The translations under genes were made by a program, and so were the position numbers. Positions 1 to 8,751 of a DNA stretch of 64,000 nt are shown piece after piece (position 1 is the stretch's first letter; the number at the start of each line of letters is the position of its first letter). Under the pieces are notes generated by a model. It had not been told where the DNA came from. It saw nothing but the letters and a program-made list of their open reading frames with translations, and searched no databases. The stretch is from Spirochaetia bacterium. Lineage in GTDB: Bacteria; Spirochaetota; Spirochaetia; UBA9216. The stretch lies in contig OY776510.1 in the NCBI GenBank assembly GCA_963675665.1, forward strand, positions 832,001-896,000, in the 5' to 3' direction.

Positions 1-1040
1 TCAGCGGTTTCAAATACACCGTCAAATTCGTTTCTTACGGCTGTTCTTATCTTTTGCGCCCTTGTGTAATACTGGTCCTGAAAACCGGAGCGCAGCACGT
101 AGGTGCCGAGAAGTATGCGGAGTTTTACTTCATCGCCGAACCCCTCGTCGCGGGATTTTCTGACCAGATCTTCAAAACCCGCCGCTTCGGCGGAGCGGTG
201 CCCGTAGCGGACCCCGTTGTACCGGGCGAGGTTGGCGCTTGCTTCGGCCATCGCGATTGTATAATAGGCCGCAATACCGTAATCAAGCATCGGAAGTTCA
301 ATCTCACTGACGGCGTATCCGGCCTTTTTCAGGCCGTCTACAGCCTTTCCGTATGCGGCTTCCACCTCCGGTTTCAGCCCCAGATCTCCGGATAAAACGG
401 CAACGGTTGAGGTTTCGTCGGTTGCCGGTATATGTTTGATTGAAGTCTGGTCAGCATCATCCTTTCCCTTAATCACTTCAAAAACACGGCGGGTTGTTCC
501 AACACTGTCGGCCAGCACTCCGCAGACTTCAAGCGAGGATGCGTACGCTACCAGCCCGAAACGCGAGACAACACCGTATGTGGGTTTCAGACCGTAAACA
601 CCGCAGAAAGACGCTGGCTGGCGGATTGATCCGCCGGTGTCGGTTCCGAGCGCGAAAGGAACCAGCCCTGCGGCAACCGCCGCCGCCGACCCGCCGCTGG
701 AACCTCCGCAGACACGTTCCGTGTCCCAGGGATTATTGGTTACGGCAAGCGCCGAATTGTCTGTCGACGAACCCATTCCGAATTCGTCCAGGTTGGTCTT
801 TCCGATGCAGACTGCACCCGCTTCCTTTAATTTTTTAACCGCTGTAGCATCATAAGGCGAGACAAAGTTCTCAAGCATCTTCGAGCCGCAGGTAAGATGC
901 ATTCCTTCAACTGCAATATTGTCTTTTACTCCGAAAGTCATTCCCGAAAGAGGCTTCCCGGCTGCGGAACCGGCAGCGCCGTCGGGTGCAAATTCGAGAA
1001 AACTGTGAATTTCTCTATCCAGTTTCTTTATATCTGTCAT
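1..1040 (-). CDS. gatA: Asp/Glu-tRNA amidotransferase subunit A (3' end outside window)
   Basis: Not in the ORF track. Manual translation from ATG at 1040 gives MTDIKKLDREIHSF...GVKDNI...GKTNLDEFGMGSS...GGSSGGSAAAVAAG (amidase signature). Lies directly downstream of gatC. Confidence 0.93.
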   Translation of the reverse strand, partial: MTDIKKLDREIHSFLEFAPDGAAGSAAGKPLSGMTFGVKDNIAVEGMHLTCGSKMLENFVSPYDATAVKKLKEAGAVCIGKTNLDEFGMGSSTDNSALAVTNNPWDTERVCGGSSGGSAAAVAAGLVPFALGTDTGGSIRQPASFCGVYGLKPTYGVVSRFGLVAYASSLEVCGVLADSVGTTRRVFEVIKGKDDADQTSIKHIPATDETSTVAVLSGDLGLKPEVEAAYGKAVDGLKKAGYAVSEIELPMLDYGIAAYYTIAMAEASANLARYNGVRYGHRSAEAAGFEDLVRKSRDEGFGDEVKLRILLGTYVLRSGFQDQYYTRAQKIRTAVRNEFDGVFETA

Positions 1041-1062
1041 TTATATACCCTGTAATGGTTTA

Positions 1063-1341
1063 TTAAAGTACGTTGGGAATTACTATGAAATTGTCTTCGT
1101 TTTCAGGGGCCCGGGAGACAAGCTCTTCCTGATTATTATTGGGGTTCGGATTATCTGCTCTGAGTGCGTTTTCGCGTACAAGAGCATGAGTGGTGGGTGT
1201 GAGATTACTTACATCAACTTCGTTCATCATTTCGAAGTAATCCAGCATTTCCGATACGGCGGTCCTTAACCGACCTTCCTCTTCCGCCGACAGGGCCAGC
1301 TGGGCCTGCGTCGCGGTTATCAATAGATCATCCTTTTCCAT
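1063..1341 (-). CDS. gatC: Asp/Glu-tRNA amidotransferase subunit C
   Basis: About 92 aa with a C-terminal APENEDNFIVIPNVL motif, upstream of gatA. Start placed at MEKDD. Confidence 0.9.
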   Translation of the reverse strand: MEKDDLLITATQAQLALSAEEEGRLRTAVSEMLDYFEMMNEVDVSNLTPTTHALVRENALRADNPNPNNNQEELVSRAPENEDNFIVIPNVL

Positions 1342-1475
1342 AGTAACGAATTTGGCATAATGGGGTATTAGTGTCAAGTCGAAGAAAAAAACAAAAGAAT
1401 ATGCAAATAATTTCTTTTTTGTTATAATTTTACCAATTAAACACTATTTCAAATTTATTTAATAAGGAAAGAATT

Positions 1476-2276
1476 ATGAAAAAATTTATTGGTCTTCTAA
1501 TGATAATTTCAACATCATTAGTCTTTTTCGGATGCGCATCGGGAGAAGCGGAAATTCTCTCGTTTGATCTCAGGGGTGCGATACTGGTCGGGGATCCGGT
1601 AATAGACGCAACGGCAAGAACTGTAGAGGTTTCGGTACAACCTGTAGACCTTTCATCGGTAACCCCGTCTGTAACAGTATCAGAAGGCGCCACATACAAA
1701 GCTGCCGAACTGTCCGACGGAAAAGAAGTAACTTATACGGTGATTGCTGAAAACGGGTCCGAGGTTGAGTGGAAAATTACGGTCACAATTGCTCCCGGCA
1801 TCTTTTTTACCTATGATGGGACAGAGGTTGTTTTAACGAAGGGCGTTGTAGATTCCGACAACAGTACACATAACGAAACCATTGGCAACAATGTTCCATT
1901 CGGCGGTTATGTTACCGATGATAACCGAACAACTTGTATTGCTCTTAAAGAAAAAATGGAATTTTCGGCAACCCAAATAACATGTGAGTATTGTGCTTTT
2001 GTAATTAACGGTAAAGAACCAGGTGATGCAGCTTCCGATCTTTATCTTTTCATATATGAAACAGCAGAGGCTTCATCTCCCGAAATCCAAATCTATATGG
2101 ATAATGATAATGACGTTACCTTCAATATCAGCGAATACGGCGATGTCGGAGAATACATCAGGGGAACATTCTCCTGTACCGACGCCGATTATACCGAGGA
2201 TGAAACAACCGGAGACGATGTAGAAATCACAAACGGACGGTTCAAGATACTAAGGCTGGAGGATGATATTGAATAA
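1476..2276 (+). CDS. Lipoprotein with N-terminal Ig/DUF5018-like domain
   Basis: Signal peptide with lipobox FFGC, a VTPSVTVSEGAT...VTYTVIAENG motif and an acidic C-terminal domain. Confidence 0.65.
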   Translation: MKKFIGLLMIISTSLVFFGCASGEAEILSFDLRGAILVGDPVIDATARTVEVSVQPVDLSSVTPSVTVSEGATYKAAELSDGKEVTYTVIAENGSEVEWKITVTIAPGIFFTYDGTEVVLTKGVVDSDNSTHNETIGNNVPFGGYVTDDNRTTCIALKEKMEFSATQITCEYCAFVINGKEPGDAASDLYLFIYETAEASSPEIQIYMDNDNDVTFNISEYGDVGEYIRGTFSCTDADYTEDETTGDDVEITNGRFKILRLEDDIE

Positions 2277-2329
2277 CGGTTAATCATTTATTTAACCTTG
2301 AATACCGACACCTTTTTCTATAGGGTGTC

Positions 2330-3238
2330 ATGATGAGCTGGTATGCTTTCATTCAGAAATATTTCGGTGCTTTTTTCGCAGCCGGCCTTGCTCTCGGGTT
2401 GTTTTTTCCTGATTTTTTCAGTCCGGTTTCAGAGCGGGTGGTTTTAATTCTCGGGACTGTTATGACTATGATCTTTCTGACGATTGATCTTAAAAGTGTA
2501 ATATTGAATTTGAAACGTTTTCATCATATCGGAGCCGCATTGTTTGTATCGAAAGCAGTTTTCCCGCTGCTGATTTACCTTGCCGCCCGCCCGCTTGGAG
2601 AACCTGTTTCAATCGGGGTTCTGCTGCTCTGTTTAACGCCTTTTGCAGCTGTTTCTCCCACAATAACAAGAATAATAGGCGGCGATACCGAATTTATTAT
2701 AATCTGCCAGGTTTTGCTTACTCTTCTTTCTCCGTTTTATATGCCGGCGCTTTTACTGCTCTATGCCGGGGCCGTAATTGAACTCGACATACTGCAAATG
2801 ATGAAAACCCTTGTTTTTCTTATTCTGATACCTTTCGGAATTTCTCTTGTACTGAGGCCACTTTTAAAAAAAGCTGTTGAGCGTACAAAAAAATATTATG
2901 GAGCTTTTACCATTATTCTTATTTCTGTTTTGCTTTCCGGTCTGCTTTCGGGAGCTTCCGAACCTATTACCGCCAACCCGCTTCGGGCGCTTCCGCTGGC
3001 AGGTCTTGCTGTCGGGCTCGGGGTTATCCTGTCGGCGGCAGGGTGGTTCGGATTTTTCTTTCTTGACAGAAAAAAACGCATTGGGCTTTCAGCGGCAAAC
3101 CTTTATATGAATGTTGGTCTTACCGCGGTAATAGCCGCCGGTTTTTTCGGCGCTGAAACAATGCTGTTTATTCTTCTGTATGAACTTCCGGCAAACCTTC
3201 TTCCGGCTGCATTAGGCAGAATTTTTAAAGATAAATAA
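2330..3238 (+). CDS. Bile acid:sodium symporter (BASS/Acr3-like) family membrane protein
   Basis: About 10 hydrophobic segments, a P-x-A-x-x-S motif and an NVGL motif. Confidence 0.75.
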   Translation: MMSWYAFIQKYFGAFFAAGLALGLFFPDFFSPVSERVVLILGTVMTMIFLTIDLKSVILNLKRFHHIGAALFVSKAVFPLLIYLAARPLGEPVSIGVLLLCLTPFAAVSPTITRIIGGDTEFIIICQVLLTLLSPFYMPALLLLYAGAVIELDILQMMKTLVFLILIPFGISLVLRPLLKKAVERTKKYYGAFTIILISVLLSGLLSGASEPITANPLRALPLAGLAVGLGVILSAAGWFGFFFLDRKKRIGLSAANLYMNVGLTAVIAAGFFGAETMLFILLYELPANLLPAALGRIFKDK

Positions 3239-3240
3239 AA

Positions 3241-3891
3241 TCAGAACAGGGGCTTTTCCCTGTTGGGATCCCCTATTGAACGCAGAGTTTTTCCGGACGG
3301 GTTCAACAGCGTCCGCCGGCCTTTCAGGGATCGCGAAATCGTCAGGCGATCGGCATATTCCAGGTCTCCGCCGGCAGGAAGCCCTGAAGCCAGCTGTGAA
3401 ATTCTGAGTCCTGAATCTTTCAAAAGATTAACCAGATACAGCGCGGTAGTTTCACCCTCCACTGTCGGATTTGTCGCAATAATCAGTTCGCTGACTTTTT
3501 CGTGTTTTAATCTGTGTAACAGTTTTCCAATTGTAAGTTCTTCCGGGCCCTTTCCGTCTATCGGCGAAATTACACCGCCGAGAACATGATATAAACCTTT
3601 GAAATCTCCCGTCGGTTCAATAGTGCTTATATCTTCCGGCTGTTCAACAACGCAGATCAGGCTGCGGTCCCGGTTGTGATCGGAACATATCGGGCAGGGA
3701 GAATCCTCTGTATAATTACCGCAGATTTCACAGAATTTTACGCGCTCTTTGAGTCCGGCTATCTGAGAGGAAAGATCCTGCACCCAGTAATCTTCCGCCT
3801 TAAGCAGGTAATGTGCAACGCGACGGGCGCTTTTCGACCCTATTCCGGGAAGTTTTGAAAGACTTTTAACAAGTTGATCGAGCGGATTCAT
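3241..3891 (-). CDS. recR: Recombination protein RecR
   Basis: LPGIGSKSARR HhH motif, C4 zinc finger, Toprim ATNPTVEGETTA. Confidence 0.97.
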   Translation of the reverse strand: MNPLDQLVKSLSKLPGIGSKSARRVAHYLLKAEDYWVQDLSSQIAGLKERVKFCEICGNYTEDSPCPICSDHNRDRSLICVVEQPEDISTIEPTGDFKGLYHVLGGVISPIDGKGPEELTIGKLLHRLKHEKVSELIIATNPTVEGETTALYLVNLLKDSGLRISQLASGLPAGGDLEYADRLTISRSLKGRRTLLNPSGKTLRSIGDPNREKPLF

Positions 3892-3910
3892 CCTAATCTC
3901 CGGCTGATGG

Positions 3911-4228
3911 TTACATTCCCATCATTTCCGGCGGAAGGTTCAAATCTCCGGCTATCGAGGCTGCTTCTGATTGAATTTTCGCCTTTATCTTGTTCGAAGC
4001 GTCTGTAAAAGCGGAAAGAACCAGATCTTCAATAAGTTCCGGATCTTCAGGATCAATTACTTCTTTTGCTATTTTCACATCAAGAACCGAATATTGTCCC
4101 GTTAACACCACTTTAACCATTCCGCCGCCGGATTCTCCTTCGGCGGTTACTTCATTAAGTTTATTCTGCATCTCCTGCATTTTAGACTGCATACCCTGCA
4201 GATTTTTTATCATATCCATCGGATTCAT
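3911..4228 (-). CDS. ybaB: YbaB/EbfC nucleoid-associated protein
   Basis: GESGGGMVKV and EDLVLSAF motifs. Sits in the dnaX-ybaB-recR operon. Confidence 0.95.
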   Translation of the reverse strand: MNPMDMIKNLQGMQSKMQEMQNKLNEVTAEGESGGGMVKVVLTGQYSVLDVKIAKEVIDPEDPELIEDLVLSAFTDASNKIKAKIQSEAASIAGDLNLPPEMMGM

Positions 4229-4234
4229 ATTTAC

Positions 4235-4454
4235 TCCTACAAAAACTGCTTGCCACGGACGGCAGGTTACGGAGAATGAAGTTTAAAAGTCTTATTTTTA
4301 AACTTCAAGATAAAAAAGAACATGGATGTTCTTTTTTTATCCGTCCTGCAAAAAATCCCTGCCATGGATGGCAGGTTACAGTGAATGAAGTTTAAAAAGT
4401 CTTATTTTTAAACTTCAAGATAAAAAAAGAACACGGATGTTCTTTTTTTATCCG
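4235..4454 (-). mobile_element. Two tandem copies (109 and 111 bp) of a triple-hairpin non-coding element inserted at the ybaB Shine-Dalgarno site
   Basis: TCCT cores at 4235, 4344 and 4455 delimit two near-identical units. Each unit has three hairpins: cctgccatggatggcagg; tgaagtttaaaaa..tttttaaacttca; gataaaaaaagaaca-cgga-tgttctttttttatc. Confidence 0.8.
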
Positions 4455-6013
4455 TCCTGCACAATTTCACCGCGAAAAACCTTCTTAACCGCATCAACCT
4501 GTTTGTTCAGATTATGCTGTCCTTCATCGATTTCCCTTGTTTTACCTGTCTGAACAACTTCAACTTCGATAATAAACTTTTTGCCTGTAATATCCGTTAA
4601 CGCGTCCTGAATAATGTTTCGATCGTTTTTTACAACCGATGCGGTATAGCCGTTATCAAAAGAAAAACTTATACTGTCGCCGGATTGCCGCCAGCCGACA
4701 GCCTGGTCTATTGATGCTGCAAGAGTCAGTTTCTTTTTACGTATTGCATTAAGCACCGCGTCCCTCTGTTCCGATGTCAGTCCGGTTTCAGAATGATGAA
4801 TTTCCGGTTGGACAGATTCGGTAACAAAAGGATTTTCGTTTTCATCTTCCGCTTTTTCTTCAAATTCTCCGGCGGCAATATTCTGTTTTAATTTTTCCAG
4901 TCTGTCATAAACCTCTGCAGGCGAAATCCATGCAGCAAGATCGGATAATTGCGCAAGGACCAGTTCAAGTTCAAACCTCGGATTAATTGAATAACGGACA
5001 TCCCTGTAAAATGAAAAAATCAGTTCGAGAGCTTTTTCAAGCTGGCTCTTGTTGAAAGCGTTCACGGTTGTTTCTGAATAACGCGCGCGGGCATATCCAA
5101 GCAATGATTCTTTTTCTATTCCGCAGCGTATAAATAAAAGGCTCCTGAAGTATTCGGCCAAATCCACAGCAAATTGTTCAATTGAGACTCCGCCTGCAAT
5201 TATTTCAGAACTCAGTTCCATGACCTTTACGGAACTGCGGGAAGCCATTGCTTCAACTATGACATTCATACTGTCGAGACCGACAAGACCAAGCTTTTCC
5301 CGAATCTTTTCCAGGGTAACCGTACCGTCTGAAAATGCCGCAACCTGGTCAAAGAGGGTATAGGCGTCGCGCATGGAACCGGTTGCTTCTTTGGCAATCC
5401 AGAACAGCGCATCGTCTTCCGCGTCTATTTTCAGCTCTTCAGCCGCCAGCTGAAGGCTGTTTTTTATTTCCTCAAGTGAAATAAGCCTGAAATTAAACTG
5501 CTGGCAGCGGCTTCTTATTGTAGCAGGGACCTTGTGGATTTCGGTTGTTGCAAAGATAAAGATAATATATGGCGGCGGTTCTTCTATTGTTTTTAAAAGC
5601 GCATTAAACGCCGAATTAGACAGCATATGAACTTCGTCTATTATGTACACTTTATAGCGGCAGGAATTGGGCGCGAAAAGAACTTCATCCTTAATCTCGC
5701 GGATGTCGTTGACCGAGGTATTCGAAGCACCGTCAATCTCTATTACATCGAGAGCATTGCCGCGCGCAATTTCCGTACAGGCAGAACATTTTCCGCAGGG
5801 TGTCGGAGTAGGTCCTTCTTCACAGTTAACCGCCCGGGCCAGAATACGTGCGGCCGAGGTTTTTCCGACGCCGCGCGGACCCGAAAAAAGATACGCATGG
5901 GCTATTCGGCCTGCCTTTATTGAATTCTTTATTGTTGATACGACGAATTCCTGGCCGACAAGATCTTCGAACATGCCGGGACGCCGCCGCGTTGCTGTTA
6001 CTTCATATGCCAT
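4448..6013 (-). CDS. dnaX: DNA polymerase III subunit gamma/tau
   Basis: GPRGVGKT Walker A, IIDEVHML, SRC motif, C4 zinc finger. Start placed at MAYEV. Confidence 0.97.
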   Translation of the reverse strand: MAYEVTATRRRPGMFEDLVGQEFVVSTIKNSIKAGRIAHAYLFSGPRGVGKTSAARILARAVNCEEGPTPTPCGKCSACTEIARGNALDVIEIDGASNTSVNDIREIKDEVLFAPNSCRYKVYIIDEVHMLSNSAFNALLKTIEEPPPYIIFIFATTEIHKVPATIRSRCQQFNFRLISLEEIKNSLQLAAEELKIDAEDDALFWIAKEATGSMRDAYTLFDQVAAFSDGTVTLEKIREKLGLVGLDSMNVIVEAMASRSSVKVMELSSEIIAGGVSIEQFAVDLAEYFRSLLFIRCGIEKESLLGYARARYSETTVNAFNKSQLEKALELIFSFYRDVRYSINPRFELELVLAQLSDLAAWISPAEVYDRLEKLKQNIAAGEFEEKAEDENENPFVTESVQPEIHHSETGLTSEQRDAVLNAIRKKKLTLAASIDQAVGWRQSGDSISFSFDNGYTASVVKNDRNIIQDALTDITGKKFIIEVEVVQTGKTREIDEGQHNLNKQVDAVKKVFRGEIVQDG

Positions 6014-6083
6014 ATGCGGAATTGTACATGATAATCGGGGAGGTATCAATGTGAGATTGTAATAAATGGTTTGAAAATAAAAA

Positions 6084-6185
<102 letters not shown>

Positions 6186-6191
6186 AATATA

Positions 6192-6276
6192 CGGAGAGAG
6201 GGGGATTCGAACCCCCGGTACCTTTCGATACACACGCTTTCCAAGCGTGCGCCTTCGACCGCTCGGCCATCTCTCC
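6192..6276 (-). tRNA. tRNA-Ser(GGA)
   Basis: GGAGAGA acceptor, CACGC-TTGGAAA-GCGTG anticodon arm, long variable arm, GGTTCGAATCC. CCA is not encoded. Confidence 0.96.
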
Positions 6277-6329
6277 TGAAGGTTATTTTTTACTGTTTCA
6301 GGTTGAACATAAACCGTAAACAGTGCTGA

Positions 6330-6514
6330 TCGGAGAGACAGGGATTCGCCTTCCGGCTCCACACATCCCGTGCGTATCCTTCAGGCCGCCTCTTTCGCTG
6401 GCGGCCGGCATCCGTGCCGTCCTCTCCTCGCCGGCTCGGCGCTCATTCGGTTCGAATCCCGTATAAACTATATTAAAGTATTAATAAAATATAATACTTT
6501 AAACAGTTGTTTCT
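6330..6514 (-). repeat. 185-bp tRNA-linked element bounded by a 19-bp duplication of the tRNA-Ser(CGA) 3' end
   Basis: tcggagagacagggattcg occurs at 6330-6348 and 6515-6533. The interval holds an inverted T-arm copy (ggttcgaatccc at about 6449-6460) and GC-rich hairpins. Confidence 0.7.
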
Positions 6515-6515
6515 T

Positions 6516-6603
6516 CGGAGAGACAGGGATTCGAACCCTGGGTACAGACGAGCTGTACAACGGCTTTCGAGGCCGCCCGATTCAACCACTCTCGCATCTC
6601 TCC
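6516..6603 (-). tRNA. tRNA-Ser(CGA)
   Basis: GCGGC-CTCGAAA-GCCGT anticodon arm, long variable arm, T-loop. Confidence 0.96.
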
Positions 6604-6628
6604 CTGAAACCCCGTAAGGGAAAAAAAG

Positions 6629-6702
6629 TATACCCAAGAGGACTCGAACCTCCGACCTTTAGGTCCGCAACCTAACGCTCTATCCAACTGAGCTATGGGT
6701 AC
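6629..6702 (-). tRNA. tRNA-Arg(GCG)
   Basis: GTACCCA acceptor, TTAGG-TTGCGGA-CCTAA anticodon arm, GGTTCGAGTCC. Confidence 0.95.
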
Positions 6703-6859
6703 CTGTAAAACTTTCAAAAATCGGTTATTTTTGAAAGTTTTTTGAATTAAAACGACCTGAAGACAGAACGTTTTAATTCCAAGTTCTTCCGGTAGAACCG
6801 TTAAAAATTGAAATTTTTAACGGGCCTTCGGAATTATAACACAAAAATATATAAAAAAA

Positions 6860-6946
6860 CGGAGAGGGAGGGATTCGAACCCTCGGTACCGTTGCCAGTA
6901 CAACTCCTTAGCAGGGAGCCCGATTCAACCACTCTCGCACCTCTCC
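6860..6946 (-). tRNA. tRNA-Ser(GCT)
   Basis: GCTCC-CTGCTAA-GGAGT anticodon arm, long variable arm. Confidence 0.96.
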
Positions 6947-6968
6947 GGTTAAACCAAATATAAAAATA

Positions 6969-7053
6969 CGGAGAAGGTGGGATTCGAACCCACGGAACCT
7001 TTCGGCTCAACGGTTTTCAAGACCGCCTCCTTCGACCGCTCGGACACCTCTCC
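6969..7053 (-). tRNA. tRNA-Ser(TGA)
   Basis: GCGGT-CTTGAAA-ACCGT anticodon arm, long variable arm. Confidence 0.96.
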
Positions 7054-7080
7054 ATCATGATATCAAATATCAGTGGACTT

Positions 7081-7109
7081 AATATATTTATCGATATGGA
7101 TTTTGTCAA
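7081..7109 (-). promoter_or_regulatory. Sigma70-type promoter of the tRNA/SRP cluster
   Basis: TTGACA-N17-TATATT on the minus strand, about 30 bp upstream of tRNA-Ser(TGA). Confidence 0.75.
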
Positions 7110-7130
7110 TAGGATACAAAAATGACGTTT

Positions 7131-8000
7131 TTACCCTTCGACTATATCCAGAAGCCGTTCAAGATCATCCATTGAGAAATAGGATATTTCAATTTTCCCT
7201 TTCTGAAGAGATCCTGTTATATTTACTTTGGTTCCAAATATATCGATAAATTTTTCTTCAATACTTTTAAGCTCCGGATCGGCGTCATGCCCGGAACCTG
7301 ATTTAACTGTTTTTTTTGCTGTCGCCGGTTTACTTCCGGAAACAGAAAATGCTTCGGCTTCCCTGACTGACAGACCGTTCGTTATTATCCGCCTGTGCAA
7401 GTCTTCCATCTGCTCCTCAGTATCCAGCGCCAGAATTGCCCTGGCATGCCCGGCAGAAATTGCACCCTTTGCAAGTGTTGTCTGTATATTTTCCGGTAAC
7501 TTCAGAAGCCTCAGGCTGTTGGCAATTGTAGATCTGTTTTTACCAACCTTGACTGCAACCTCTTCCTGGTTCAGATTGCCCCGCTCCATAAGGTCACGGT
7601 AAGCAACAGCTTCTTCTATCGGGTTAAGATCTTCCCGCTGAATATTCTCAATCAGTGCTATTTCGAGTTTTTCATTTTCAGTAAAGTCTTTTACTATAAC
7701 CGGAATTTCGCTTAACCCGGCAATGCCGGCCGCCCTGAATCGTCTTTCGCCGGCAATAATAGTATAAGAATTTCCTTTCTGCTCAACCAATATCGGCTGG
7801 ATAATTCCTTTCTCACTTATCGACGCGGCAAGTTCTTTAAGGCTGTGCTGATCAAATGTCTTCCTGGGCTGATCCGGATTACCGCTTACCATTTCAATAT
7901 TAACATTGAGTATTACATCTTTGTTATTATCTTCCAGGGCCGAATCGCCGGAGCCAATCAACGCGCTCATTCCTTTTCCCAGAGCCGGACGTTTAGACAC
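7131..8000 (-). CDS. parB: Chromosome partitioning protein ParB/Spo0J
   Basis: ALGKGM N-terminus, NPDQPRK, IIAGERRFRA, ENIQREDL and an HTH. GTG start overlaps the parA stop. Confidence 0.96.
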   Translation of the reverse strand: MSKRPALGKGMSALIGSGDSALEDNNKDVILNVNIEMVSGNPDQPRKTFDQHSLKELAASISEKGIIQPILVEQKGNSYTIIAGERRFRAAGIAGLSEIPVIVKDFTENEKLEIALIENIQREDLNPIEEAVAYRDLMERGNLNQEEVAVKVGKNRSTIANSLRLLKLPENIQTTLAKGAISAGHARAILALDTEEQMEDLHRRIITNGLSVREAEAFSVSGSKPATAKKTVKSGSGHDADPELKSIEEKFIDIFGTKVNITGSLQKGKIEISYFSMDDLERLLDIVEG

Positions 8001-8751
8001 GGTTAAGCACCTCCTGAGCAAGTCGTTCGTAACTTCTTGCTCCGATACAGGTTTTATCATAAAGGTTCACCGGAACACCGTGCGAAGGCGCTTCCGACAA
8101 CCTGATATTTCGGGGAATAATCGTCCTGAAAACCTTGTCCTTGAAATAGCCTGAAACTTCCTGTACAACCTCGTTTGCAAGCCGTGTTCGCGAGTCATAC
8201 ATTGTAAATAGAATTCCGTCTACAACAAGGTTTCGGTTTAATTCCTTCTGAACGGATTTAACGGTCTGAAGAAGTAAACTTAACCCTTCGAGCGCGAAAT
8301 ACTCACACTGAAGCGGAATTATTACTGAGTCCGCTGCAGTTAACCCGTTAAGGGTTAATATTCCCAGCGAAGGCGGACAATCTATAAATAAATAATCATA
8401 GTTTTTCCGTATATCCTTAATGCTGTTTTTCAGATAGAATTCCCTGTCTTTAAAATTTATTAACTCTACATTTGCGCCGGTCAGGTTAATATTTGAAGAG
8501 AGAATATCCATTCCCTCCATGGCGCTCTTTTGAAGCGCGCTTTCAGCATCAGTCTTTCCTACTATTACTTCATATATTCCCGGCTTGTTACGATCAGCTC
8601 CAACACAGCTGGAGAGATTTCCCTGCGGATCGAAATCAATTAAAAGAACCTTTTTACCGGCCTCTGCTATATATGCTCCAAGATTGGCAGCTGTTGTTGT
8701 TTTACCGACACCGCCCTTCTGATTGGCGAATACTACCGTTTTTCCATCCAT
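7993..8751 (-). CDS. parA: ParA/Soj ATPase
   Basis: NQKGGVGKTTT deviant Walker A, DPQGN, DCPPSLG, EAPSHG. Confidence 0.97.
   Translation of the reverse strand: MDGKTVVFANQKGGVGKTTTAANLGAYIAEAGKKVLLIDFDPQGNLSSCVGADRNKPGIYEVIVGKTDAESALQKSAMEGMDILSSNINLTGANVELINFKDREFYLKNSIKDIRKNYDYLFIDCPPSLGILTLNGLTAADSVIIPLQCEYFALEGLSLLLQTVKSVQKELNRNLVVDGILFTMYDSRTRLANEVVQEVSGYFKDKVFRTIIPRNIRLSEAPSHGVPVNLYDKTCIGARSYERLAQEVLNRV

Noticed and set aside
54-855. Plus-strand ORFs at the window start
   Set aside because: Antisense shadows of gatA, which the ORF track missed because it runs off the window edge.
4235-4458. Tandem repeat considered as a CRISPR array
   Set aside because: Only two ~110-bp units with no unique spacers, and no cas genes in the window.
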